Program-made: the position numbers and the translations under genes
Shown here: positions 1 through 10,628 of the stretch, piece by piece
Layout: the number at the start of each line of letters is the position of its first letter
Numbering within the stretch: position 1 is the first letter of the stretch
Origin: Caecitellus pseudoparvulus
Lineage: Eukaryota; Protista; Bigyra: Bicosoecida
Assembly: GCA_965644315.1 (NCBI GenBank)
Contig: CBFFRQ010000056.1
Location: 62,001-126,000 of the forward strand
Direction of reading: 5' to 3'
DNA: 64,000 bases
The notes under the pieces: generated by a model
Database searches by the model: none
What the model was told of the DNA's origin: nothing
What the model saw: the letters and a program-made list of their open reading frames with translations, nothing else

Positions 1-807
1 GAGGTCGTGGACTGCATCTTGGGCCGCCCCATCCGGGTCGTGCCGCAGCTGCGTGTGGGGCAGAGCATGCTGCTGCCGCCCACGCTGTACGACGAGCCCA
101 GCGACACCCTCACCATCTACGATGAGTGGGGCTGCAAGGGTTCCTTCCTGTGGCTTGACGCGTCGTTGCTGCTGCTGGCACAAGACGGTGAGCGCCTGGC
201 CACGCTGGATTACAGCCACAGGGAGGCATTCGGTGGCGTGTTCGTCCACTCGGGGGACCAGAAGGACGAGTCAGGGAAGAAAGGCCACCACTCCATCACC
301 ATCCGCATGCAAGCCATCCCAGAGAAAGTCACGTGCATGGTGCTGACCATGTCTGCCTTCTCAGGGTGCCTGGCAGACGTGCAGAAGCCCTTCATCTCCC
401 TGCAGGACAACGACGGGCGAGAGCTGACACGCTTCTTGCCCGAGGGCATGACAACCACAGATGCCACGTGCTGCACCATGGTCACCGTGCACCGCACAGG
501 CGCCGCCTGGACGCTCACCGCGCACGGCTTCCTCAGCAAAGGCAACGCTTCGGACTATTCGCCTGTGCACAAGGTGATCAAGGCACTGCAGCCCATGGTG
601 GTGGCGTCCTCCGTGCACAACCCGCTGCAGGGTGGGCCGCAGCTGGGCATCAAAGACACCCACATTGACTATGTAGCCCTGCGGGGCAAAGCAGGGCAGC
701 CCACCCCTAAGCAAATTGTCAAGCCGGCTTCTAGCAGCGGCGGGGCCGCCAGTACCAGCGGGGCTGCATCTAGTGAGGCGAGCGGCGGCTGCTGCATCGT
801 GCAGTGA
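1..807 (+). CDS. TerD-domain protein with C-terminal CaaX box (5'-truncated)
   Basis: HSGDQKD...HHSITIRMQAIPEKVTCMVLTMSAF resembles the TerD/CABP1 core. The protein ends GGCCIVQ*, and the frame is open from the window edge. Confidence 0.7.
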   Translation, partial: EVVDCILGRPIRVVPQLRVGQSMLLPPTLYDEPSDTLTIYDEWGCKGSFLWLDASLLLLAQDGERLATLDYSHREAFGGVFVHSGDQKDESGKKGHHSITIRMQAIPEKVTCMVLTMSAFSGCLADVQKPFISLQDNDGRELTRFLPEGMTTTDATCCTMVTVHRTGAAWTLTAHGFLSKGNASDYSPVHKVIKALQPMVVASSVHNPLQGGPQLGIKDTHIDYVALRGKAGQPTPKQIVKPASSSGGAASTSGAASSEASGGCCIVQ

Positions 808-942
808 CGCTGCCCTGACCATATCTTCGTCACCAAGTGCGTGCAAGTGCGAATGCAAAGCAGGGCTCTCAGTGCCTCTCATTCTGCAGGCCTTGCCAGT
901 GTGCCAGCCGCTCGAAGCCACTCTAGACACACGTTGCGCAGC

Positions 943-2397
943 ATGTCCAGGGAGTGGCCCACCAGCCCCCATGTCACTGCAACCCTGTCCACACTGACGA
1001 CACCAGTGCATGAACTGGAGCAGGGGGTACTGTCAGGTCTGGACAAAGCAGGGCTGGGGTTCACGCTCCCAGACAGCTTCGCAGCACCACCTGCGTCGCT
1101 GCGACACGCCCAGTCACTTGCACTTTCAAGTGCCACCCGCCCACGCCACACAACTTGGGGGGCAAAGAACCGCGCGTTCCATGAGTCAGGCAGCTTCTCT
1201 CCGCTGTCTGGCATGCGCTCCGCGGCATACACTTCCGTTTCGCCCCAAGCAAGCGGTGGTGTGGCTTGTGGTCGCGACAGCGTCGCTTCTGCTCAGTCTC
1301 GCTGCAGTAGCAGTGATGACGAGGGCAGTGGCCACTGGGGCGACAGTGCTGTGCACATGAGTCCGGATCTAGGGCAGACCCTCGAGGGGGGCACTGCACG
1401 CGGCACCACCCAGCGCTTCGCTGCGTGGTGGACGTGCAGGCAAGCAGCAGCCCAGCGCCACAAGCCCAGGCGGCAGTCCCCCCCTCCCAGCCCGCCCCGA
1501 CCCATTCCTGACGCGCAAACCATGCAGCGCACAGCCCGAGTGCTGCAGAGGGCAGGGGCGTCTCCGTGTGTCAGTGTGTCACCGTCCCTGGTCCAGCGAG
1601 CCAGGGCCTTACGGGACGCCGACGTCCCCTCCAGCACACGCAGCCCTGCAACATCCCCACCGTCGCCTGCTTCGCCTGCCAAGGCACGGGCTGAGCGGCG
1701 CAGGGCAGCGGTGGCTGCGGCACGTGCAGGCCCCCCCCAGCGCCGCTCTCCTCGGCCGACGCCCCTCCCCCGTGGCTGTGAGCCGTACCTGCCACGGAGC
1801 GAGGTGGCGGAGGGGCCTGTGGTGACACGGCATGCGGCTGGGCGAGGCCTGTTCTCACACCCCACCGTCGCCTTGCATGTGCAGCAGGCCCTGGACGGCG
1901 GAGCAGGACAGTTGTCCGAAGCCTTGCCTCCGCTTGATCCGCCCGTCCAGGAGACGGCAGCTCCACGCCCAACCCTTCGCAGCACAATCGCCGCAGAGCA
2001 GTACCTGTCAGGGGAATCGCCCCTCCGCCGGGCGCTGGCCGTGGCGGCTGCAAGCCGGGAACAGTCCCCGGTACCGCAAGAGGCACCTGCCTCTGTCACC
2101 GCGGCAGAGTACGCGCAGCGCAAGCGTGAGTGGAAAGAAGCTGAGGCTGCCCGGGTTGCTTTCTGGGCAAGTGGCGGCTTGCGCACGACTGGAGGTCGCC
2201 TGCTGCGCCCCACAGCAACCGAGGATGGCGAGCAAGAACAGCCTGAGAGCACAGTGCCTGTCGAGGCAGAGGGGGCCCTGTCCGCAGTGCTGCGGGTGCA
2301 CCCCCGACCCACATCCCCCACTGGTCTACGGGATCGAGCGGCGTGGCGGGAGAGCGGCGTGAGCGCGTTGGCAGGGCAGGGCAGCGGACAACAATAA
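943..2397 (+). CDS. Hypothetical Ser/Pro/Arg-rich protein
   Basis: Long ORF (841..2397) fills the gap between neighbours. ATG 943 is preferred because it lies beyond the AATGCA at 852. No family recognised. Confidence 0.5.
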   Translation: MSREWPTSPHVTATLSTLTTPVHELEQGVLSGLDKAGLGFTLPDSFAAPPASLRHAQSLALSSATRPRHTTWGAKNRAFHESGSFSPLSGMRSAAYTSVSPQASGGVACGRDSVASAQSRCSSSDDEGSGHWGDSAVHMSPDLGQTLEGGTARGTTQRFAAWWTCRQAAAQRHKPRRQSPPPSPPRPIPDAQTMQRTARVLQRAGASPCVSVSPSLVQRARALRDADVPSSTRSPATSPPSPASPAKARAERRRAAVAAARAGPPQRRSPRPTPLPRGCEPYLPRSEVAEGPVVTRHAAGRGLFSHPTVALHVQQALDGGAGQLSEALPPLDPPVQETAAPRPTLRSTIAAEQYLSGESPLRRALAVAAASREQSPVPQEAPASVTAAEYAQRKREWKEAEAARVAFWASGGLRTTGGRLLRPTATEDGEQEQPESTVPVEAEGALSAVLRVHPRPTSPTGLRDRAAWRESGVSALAGQGSGQQ

Positions 2398-2403
2398 TGC
2401 ATT
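2396..2403. terminator. AATGCATT palindrome, candidate bidirectional poly(A) signal
   Basis: Lies between convergent stops 2397 (+) and 2507 (-). Confidence 0.6.
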
Positions 2404-2506
2404 CTGGCGCTGGTTGGCGCGGAGGGAAGGAACACAGCAGCGACAGTGGGCCCAGGTGGCGGGCTGCAGACCAGCACACAGCACCCGTTCGAGGGACACA
2501 CGCCGC

Positions 2507-3357
2507 TCATGCGTAAGAGGCCCCCGTTGCGCCCAGAGACGTGCCGCCTCGGGAGCTGGTGGTGCGCCCAGGGCTGCCGGCAGACCCCCCCTGCAGCTGC
2601 AGCAACAAGCTAGGGTTCTTCACCTTCACCAGGTTGTTCACTTCCTGCAGGTGTGCCTGCATGCCCGCCATCTGCGCCTTGAGCACGTTGTACCGCCACT
2701 GGATGCTCTGCCGCACCTCCTCGTCGCCCGCCCGCGCGAAGTCCACGCTGAGCAGCTCCACGAACTTGTACTCCAGGCTCTGGATGAAGTCCAGGCGGGC
2801 GTGGCCAGCGCGGTTCATGATGAACACGGCCAGGTAGCTCTGGGGCTGCTGGATGGCCTGGGTCAGGGTCTTGACCAGGACGTTGGCGTACTCGCCGAAC
2901 TCCACCATGAGCTTCTGCTCCGCCTGGATGCTGGGAAACTCCGCCGCCGTCACGGAGGCGACGTAGTTGAAGAAGATGTCGCTCTCGGACGTCAAGGTGA
3001 CCTTCACCACCCCCTCGCTGCCCGTGGAGACATAAATGGACACCTTCACGGCCTCCAGCGTGCCCACCTCCGCGGGGGCTTCGTCTGTTTCCTGGGCACG
3101 CAGAGAAGTGGCCGGTATGAGCAGAGAGGGCGCAGCACCCAGGCGCAGGACGAGTGCCAGACTGGTCGTCCTGGGCCACGGCAACTTCAAGCCCGGCGTG
3201 GGAGGCACGCCCCACTCACCTGCAGGCGCATCTCGATGGGCACGTCACGGTCAAAGACGAGCTTGAAAGCACCGCCCTCCAAGTCAGGGTTCAGTCGCTG
3301 CACGTCGTCGCCGACGAAGCTGGGCATGGGGCCCGTGGAAGAAGCAGCCTGGGCCAT
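2507..3357 (-). CDS. SAS6L: SAS-6-like protein (SAS6L), 2 exons (3357-3220, 3091-2507)
   Basis: Motifs SESDIFFNY, QKLMVEF, YLAVFIM..ARLDFIQSLEYKFVELLS and VKVKNPSLLLQL. Intron CAG|GTGAGT...CCCAG joins the exons in frame. Confidence 0.85.
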
Positions 3358-3645
3358 CGCGGAAATTGGTGGCGCGCCAAGCAATTCCGCACGGCTGCCT
3401 GTCGCAACGAGGAGGGGGCAGAACGCAGCAGGGTGTGCGCAGTTAGTGCATTGGGTGCTGGGCTGACTCGCGGGCTGGGGCACAGGTGGATGTGTTTTGA
3501 ACTGGCCTGGCCAACTGCCGGGCGCCGCCGCTGCGTCGCAGTCGACCGCCAACGCTCTGCGGCAGCATTGGTGCCGCCCACCGTACGCACAAGGACGAGG
3601 CACTGCATGCGTCGTGTCGCCGCATGCATGCGCACTTCGCCATTC

Positions 3646-4532
3646 TCAGCAGCACTTGCCCTTGCCCGCGGAGCCGCGCCCACCCCCCACACCCACAGTG
3701 TCCTCAGCCTCCACTGGCTCTGACGCCTTCAGCTGTGTCAGGTCATCGGCCATGCGGGTGAATGCCTGCTCGACGTTGTCGGCACTCAGAGCAGAGGTCT
3801 CGATGAAGGGCACGCCAAGCTCTGCAGCGAGGGCCTCGCCCTCCTCCGTCGACACGACGCGGTCACGGCGGTCGCTCTTGTTGCCCACCAGCAGCTTCAC
3901 CGTGTTGTCGTTGGCGTACTTCTCCACCTCCTGCAGCCACTCCCGCACGTGCTCGAAGGACTCCTTGTGTGTCACGTCGTACACCATGATGATGCCATCG
4001 GCCCCACGGTAGTACGCTGACGTGATGGTGCGGAAGCGCTCCTGGCCCGCCGTGTCCCACTGCGATGGCAGGTGCAGCGGCGCCAGTGATGACGAGGCAA
4101 GGAGCACGCCATGCCCACCACTGTTGCACGTACGATCTGGAGCTTGACAGTCTTGTCTTGTAGTTTCAGCGTCCGAAACCGCTGCGGGGCGCGGAGAAGC
4201 AGGGCATGCCAGCCTGTGCTGCCATTCGTTGCGTTGCGGCAGTGCACCACCAGCCCTGGCTGTTGTGCTCCTCCCCGACAATGCCACGGTTTCGCTGGTT
4301 CACGAGCGGGCACGCACAAAGTCAACTCCGATGGTACTAATGAAGCTCTCCACGAATTCGTCGTCCTGCACCGAAGCGCAGCGGGGGCGTGTGCGTCGCT
4401 GCCCAGCCTGGCGCCGCCAATGCTGGCACTCACAGCAAAGCGCAGCAAGAGACAGGACTTTCCCACGCCACTGTCGCCGATCAAGACCAGCTTAAACAGG
4501 TGGTCGTAGTCCCGCTTGATGGATGCAGCCAT
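3646..4532 (-). CDS. RAB1A: Rab GTPase, Rab1A-type paralog, 4 exons
   Basis: [32 protein letters not shown]|[38 protein letters not shown] and C-terminal CC. Confidence 0.92.
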
Positions 4533-4804
4533 GGCGACCCAGCGAAGTGTCCTGTGGTCAACACCGCCTGTGTGGAACTTCCCTGCTTGCGCTGCTGCTG
4601 CTGTTTGGACAAGCACCCACAAGCAACACAAACTCGAGGCCTGAGAGGACGTGTGGGTGTGGGGGTGGAATGTGTGTACAGGGTGTGTTGCCTCTCACCT
4701 CCCTCATTGCCCCAGGCTGCCCCTCGTCTGCGCGGGGGGGCACGCGCTGGCAGGTGGCTCCTGCGGAAATCGATTCCTGGCTTTGCCCGGATTGCTCCCA
4801 CAGC

Positions 4805-5460
4805 ATGGCTGCCGTGGAGCAGCCCGCACTGGACCTGACACACCTCACGCCCCTCTCCCTGCAAGACTGTTCACACGAAGACCGTATCGTGGAGATGATC
4901 AGACGCATGGATGCATCACTCCTGCCCCGAGTGGGTGAATTCGTCGGCTTGCCTGGCTCTGAGCGCGCTGCAGAGGCTGCAGCTGAGAGCCGACTGAACT
5001 GCCCAGGGTACCTGACAGAGGGCCTCTGTCAGTATGACTTCAGGTGAGGCCCAGCCGCCGTCTGCCACTGTGCCCAACCCTTCAGGCCCTGTACCCCCCC
5101 CGCCTTGCAGGAGTGCATTCTTCAACCCGGCCCTGGCTCTGTACAACCCAGCCTGCAGGCCGCCGTACCCAAACGTGGCTCCCTTAGACAACATTTCCAA
5201 GTTCCGCTCCAGTGTACGTGCCCGGTATGCCGTGTGCCGCCCCAGGACCTTTGCGCACTGCCGCCTGGCCGCACCCTGCTCAGCTGCACCCGCTGGACGG
5301 CAACGCCGACTACAAAAGCTCCGTCCAAGTGCAGCGCAGCCTGACACGAGCAGCAGACGGCACCGCCATCGAGCAGGTGGATGCCTCCAAGCAGCGTGGC
5401 ACCATGTTTGCCATCGCCACAGGGAGGAGAGAGGCGGGACAGGCTCAAAGACGCCAATAA
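4805..5460 (+). CDS. Hypothetical protein, probably 3 exons
   Basis: MAAVEQPAL... from ATG 4805. Two GT-AG introns (near 5044-5110 and 5214-5284) join three ORF fragments through to TAA 5460. Confidence 0.55.
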
Positions 5461-5491
5461 ATGTTGTTGGCTGGGGGGTGAGGATGAGACC

Positions 5492-5499
5492 AATGCATT
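5492..5499. terminator. AATGCATT palindrome, candidate bidirectional poly(A) signal
   Basis: Lies between convergent stops 5460 (+) and 5544 (-). Confidence 0.6.
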
Positions 5500-5543
5500 C
5501 CGCGCTCAGCGGGCTCACGCCAGCACGAACATGTCCCAAGCAT

Positions 5544-6526
5544 TTAGGAGAAGTAGGTGGAGGGGCGGTTGGCCTTGAAGGTGGTGCGGTACTTCTTCTG
5601 GCTGGGGCGGGGGATGCGGTGGGGCAGGGGGAACTTGATGCGGCTGTCCAAGAACTGCTTCATGTTCAGGCGCTGCACGGCAGGGGGAGGCACGGGGCCG
5701 TCCTTGTCGGGGTTGTACTCCTGGGTGGCCTTGATGCCAGCGGGCACCTCCTTGGCGTCCACGATGTGGATGGTGCTGTACCGGGCGCGGTGGCGGCCGG
5801 CCATGTCCTGGTACATCTGCTCCACAGCGCCGCAGAGGGTCACATCACGGAACTCCTTGTACATGTTGTGCGTGCCGGAGCGGGAGTTGTAGCGGATGAG
5901 GATGCCGAAGTTCTTCACCACGCGGGGGTTCTTCTCGCGGATCTCAGTCACGCCCAGGATCTCACCAGTGCTGGCCTTCATGTTGGCGAACTGGTGCAGG
6001 AAGTACCAGAAGCGGCTCTGGGCAGTCACCTTGGACTTGGCGAACAGGCGCATGCGGTAGATCTTGGGGGTGGGGTCCACCTCGGTGGGCTGTGACAGAG
6101 CGAAAGGGTGCAGTGTGGGATTGCCCAAGCGCAGCGCAAGCCAGTGAAGTTGGAGGACTCACGCGCTTGCGGCCGACCACCTGGAACTGACGGATCTGAA
6201 CCTGTGCAAGGAGACCAAGGTGCATGTGTGGAGAGTGCGGCGCTGGGAGAGGCAGGATTGGGGCACGCAGAGCAGCCTCCAGCAGCATCGGCAGCATGAG
6301 TGCGGAACTTGAGCCAGCTGCACCCCCGAACTGGAAAGGCGGCCTGACCCGTGCCAGCACGCAGCAGAGTGCGCATGCGCACAGCAACGGCATCATAAGC
6401 TGCCTGGTCCATCCCGGCAACAGCTCCCCTGCCTCTTCCGCACTCGGCATGCTCGAGACAGCCCCTGCCCCCAACACTGTGCTGCAGGGCTGAGCAGAGT
6501 GACAACCCGACACGTTCACGTACCAT
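5544..6526 (-). CDS. RPL18A: 60S ribosomal protein L18a (eL20), 3 exons (6526-6524 ATG only, 6201-6163, 6089-5544)
   Basis: [13 protein letters not shown]|[56 protein letters not shown] and IKFPLPHR. Confidence 0.97.
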
Positions 6527-6835
6527 GATGTTCTACGGGAGGAGAGTCGCCACGACAACTGTGACCAACAAACACAGAACTGAGCCTGGCAGGGTGCAGA
6601 GTCTCTGGTAAAGTGAGTGCGGCTACGGAGCAGGTTTTGGGGAGGAGATGGTAATTTATGAGATCCGCGAATGATGCAACATCGAGTCTCATCTGCGCCC
6701 ACGCCTTTCTAAAGCAATGCACACCGCCTCAGCAAAACTGTCTGTGACAAAGAACATCTGCACGATTCTTGTATCGTTTCTCCCTTCCCTTTGTTGCCTT
6801 GTTCGTGTGTCGGTCACAGGAAGGCACCTCAAGCC

Positions 6836-8090
6836 ATGGCGGCCGAGGTCACCGCAGGCACACCAAAAGTGCGCACCATCGTGTGCCCAGGGCACTCCCG
6901 CCCTGTCCATAACCTGCATTTCAGTGCGGAGACGCCTGACGGCCGATTCTTCATCTCGGCATGCCACGGTGAGTGGGACAAGGCACCGTTCAAGGTTCAA
7001 ATTCCGCCACACTGCCAGCAGCTTTCCTCACTCCCTCCCACACCTCTGCCGCAGACAAGCTGCCCATGTTGAGAGATGCTGAGACTGGGGACTGGGTGGG
7101 CACCTTTATTGGCCACAAGGTGAGGCGGTGCGCACACCATGGCTCGCGCCAGTACTGACGCGACAGCTCGTCGCCTGGCCTGCGCGGCACTTTGTTGCCG
7201 CCTCTGACGTTGTGATGACACAATTTAGCTCTAGTCTGACTCCAGCATGAAGTCTTACACAGTTTGCCTGAACGCAGCCGGCCTTGTCCTTGCATTTCCC
7301 TCGGGTCACACGTGCCAAACCATCCCCACGCATGTGTTCGCCGCTCGCTTCGCAGGGAGCTGTCTGGTCTGCCAAACTCAACCCCACCGCTACCCGTGCT
7401 GCCACCGGTGCTGGCGACAGCACTGCAAAGTTCTGGGATGCCACGAACGGCAGCGAGCTGCTGAACATCGACCACAAGCACGTCGTGAAGAGCGTCGAGT
7501 TCTCCCCCTGCCACACCCGCCTCGCCACAGCTTGCGACGACAAGACACTCCGCCTGTATGACCTGTCCAAGCCCACCGAGCCCATCATCGCGGCCGACCT
7601 GCCTGCCGCTCCTCGTGCTGTGCTGTGGGCGCCAGACCACAAGCTCCTGCACGTGGCAGCTGGCGAGCAGGTGCACACTGTGGAGGCCAGCTCCGGCAGC
7701 ATCGTCACCTCTGTCGACGTGGGCGGAGAGGTGCGCGACTTGGACTGGGCCCAGGGTGGTGCCTCCCTCGTCGTCGCTGCCGGCAAGCGGGCCTCGGTCC
7801 TGGATGTGGCGACGCTTAAGGCCTCTGTCTCCCACGAGTTGGAGTACCACCCAGACAGCATCTCCATGCACCCCAGTGACTCTTCAGTGTTCGTGACGGG
7901 GTCTCAGGACGACGTGTGGGTGCGCATGCACTCCACGAAGGGTGGTGCCGAGCTCAAGTGCCTGGAGGGGCACCATGGTCCCGTGCATGCCGTGCGTTTC
8001 TCACCGTGTGGCAGTCAGTTCATCACGGGCGGCAACGATGCTTCCGTGCGCATGTGGCCCTGGACTGGTCCCCCCGCTGCTGCCTCCTGA
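6836..8090 (+). CDS. STRAP: WD40 protein STRAP/unrip, 3 exons (6836-6968, 7055-7119, 7356-8090)
   Basis: [55 protein letters not shown]. Confidence 0.93.
7208..7274 (+). ncRNA. Intronic box C/D snoRNA (STRAP intron 2)
   Basis: Box C GTGATGA 7212-7218, D' CTGA 7236-7239, C'-like ATGAAG about 7247, box D CTGA 7268-7271, short CGT/ACG terminal stem. Guide TTAGCTCTAG is complementary to the conserved 18S sequence CTAGAGCTAA. Confidence 0.85.
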
Positions 8091-8111
8091 TGAGCGTCTT
8101 TGTGTCTGCTG

Positions 8112-8119
8112 AATGCATT
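8112..8119. terminator. AATGCATT palindrome, candidate bidirectional poly(A) signal
   Basis: Lies mid-way in the 47-nt gap between the STRAP and THOC1 stops. Confidence 0.65.
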
Positions 8120-8137
8120 GCGTTGCGCGTGCCCCCC

Positions 8138-10223
8138 TCACTTGCGCTTGCGGCGCCGAGGTTTCTTCTGGCCATCACCACGCGCACGTTTGGGCGACAC
8201 TTCCACTTCACCTTCCTCATCGCTTTCCGTCGCTGCGTCTTCCTCGCGATGGCGCTTGGAGCCGCCTTGCTTGCTCCTGCCAGTGCCCTCAGCTGGCCCA
8301 CTCCCTTGCCCCTCTTCTGCGCTGCCACTGCCTGCGCCCGCGCTGTCTTGCCCGCTCGCCCCTTCTTCTGCAGCTGGTGGAGATGCCGCTGGCTGCTCGC
8401 TGGCTTCGGGGCTCGCGTCTGGAGATGGAGACGCTTCAGGGGGCGGGCTGGCCTCTAGCCCTTCCGAGGCGGGCGACGCAGATGGCTCTGCCGCCTGCGG
8501 CTTCGCATCACTGCTGGTAGGTGCAACATTGAATGTCTCCAGCACGGTGGCCGTGAAGGACTGCGCCGGCATGCGCTGCAGGACCGACACCGAGTGCTCG
8601 CTGAGTAGCCGTGTGCCACGCCAGACCCAGTTCTTGTCGCTTTCCAGGCTCTCTGGCTTGAAGTCTGCGTCCCGAAATGGGTTCTCCGGGTCCATCTCCG
8701 CCAACAGAACGTCCACGTGCTTCCGCAGAGTGGGCTTCGTGCTGCGTTCGCTGTCCCGCAACTCCGCCATCCAGTCCAACCCCAAGCCCTGGGCTGCCCA
8801 CCCCACGCTGGCGACAGACCCCTTCTGATCAGGAGCGTCGAAGGATGCGTCCACGTCATCGTGGTGAGGCGTGAACGGATCTGGTACTGGGGTGGCTGGC
8901 GCTGCCAAGGCCTTCTGCGCCTGCTCAGCGGCCGCCACGTTCGCAGGTCGCTCCAGGGCTTTGGCCCCGGCCGCCTTCCACGCAGACCAGCTCTCTTCCT
9001 GCACCAGCACTCTGCGCACCGCCCGAATCAGTGCTTTGGAGCCAGGGCCAGTGCCTGCCAGCACCTTGCCCAGGCGAGATGAGAAGGAATGGCACCAGGC
9101 GGGAATGCCCACACCCTGCAGCTCAGAGCCAGGGTTGGCTGCCAAGAACCGCAGCACAATGAGGAGCTGGATGCAGATCTGCCGCTGCACGACTGGATCT
9201 CGCTTCTGCAGGTCAAACAAGGCGAAAGAAGTCAGGTACTTGGGGCAGAAGAAGGTTGCTGTGTCCAGCGTTGGCGCAGCGGAGCCCGCCTCGTCCTCCT
9301 CGGCACTGCTCTTGCCATGAGGGAACTGCTCAAACACCGTGGCCACGGCTTCGCAGCAAGCCATGAACTCCCTCCACGCATCCATGGACGCCGTTGCGCG
9401 GGGCGGCACCGCCAAGAACTCGTGCAGGCCCCAGAAGGCCGTGTACTGCTGCCACGTCGGCTCCTCTTCGAGTCCCGCAGGCGGCGTGTCGAAGGCAGTC
9501 ACATTCTCTGCACTGAACGTTCCCTTGGGATTCACGCCTGACCGCTCCGACAGCGGCAGAGCATTTGCCAGGAAGACCTGGATGCGCCCACACAGCACTG
9601 GCTGTGCCGCGGGGCTCAGGCGAGACAGCAGCGAGTTCGAGAAGCGCAGCAGGGCCAGCTTCCCTCGGCTGTTCGCCTTGCTGTGTTCCAAGACAGCTGT
9701 GTGTGTCAGGGCTGATCGCCGCACGTCCACGACGTTCCACAGCAACGCGCACTGCGCAGCCGGCGAGCAGTACAGCGCTTCCTCCAACACCAGCAACGGC
9801 AGCTCCACAGGCAACTGCCCCACGCCAGAGGCGTGGATGGAGGAGTGCAGAGCAATGTCAACCAGGTTAGCCACGTTGCTGCACTGCTCGTTGCCGGACT
9901 TTGCGTCGGCGGCAGTGGCAGCGTGACTTGCCCGCTTGAATGCTGTGACGGCCCTCGGTGGGCTCAGCTCTGCAGCGAGGCGTGGGGACCGAGTTACAGG
10001 GAAATGCAAGCAAGAGCATGCCGTTGGTGTGAACCTAAACGCACTGTGACTCGAAAACTTCTGCAAAACCGAGGCAGCATCCACGCTGGCTGCGCCTGCA
10101 GCAGCGACAAGCTCGGCCTGTGAACGCGGAATTAGGAGCTGTGCCACAGCCAACACGCCTGGAATGCGGGCACCAGCGACGCACAGCAGCCGTCTGCACA
10201 GCTTCAGAGGGGGTTGAAGACAT
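8138..10223 (-). CDS. THOC1: THO complex subunit 1 (Hpr1)
   Basis: LLRFSNSLLSRLS...LCGRIQVFLANALPLSERSGVNPKG, KYLTS, EESWSAWK. Probable ATG 10223 followed by two short introns. Confidence 0.88.
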
Positions 10224-10628
10224 GTCCGTCGCCACTCGTCTCCTCGGTGCTGCTCAGCCCAGCCGCCGAAAGCAGATGGCCGCCCGCAGCGACAGACGGC
10301 TGGCCTAACTCTGCACGCTACGCTTTCAGTTCCTCTTTGTAGCGAGGGCGTCTGAGAGACACACTGTGGTCGGCCAAAAATGAGTATGTATGCTGTGATG
10401 GGGTGGTGGCGGCGTAGTTGCCGAGTTAATTGTTGCATGTACGATGAATTGTAAGGAAAGAAAGGTTGTCCCGTAAGGATCCGCGGCAGGACTTATTTAC
10501 TGGCAAGTCTGGCGCTTCCCAACACATTTTCCTCAACCGCGATGCGTATCGCGTTCAGGAAGTGTAATGCGCATCTATGGTGAAGTTTCGATACGCTGGG
10601 CGCACTTACCACCTTCAAAGCTGTTCAC

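Noticed and set aside
10380-10628. AT-richer stretch as a foreign insert or ncRNA (likewise 56030-56300)
   Set aside because: Both are divergent promoter gaps, with no tRNA cloverleaf, convincing C/D box pair or flanking repeats.
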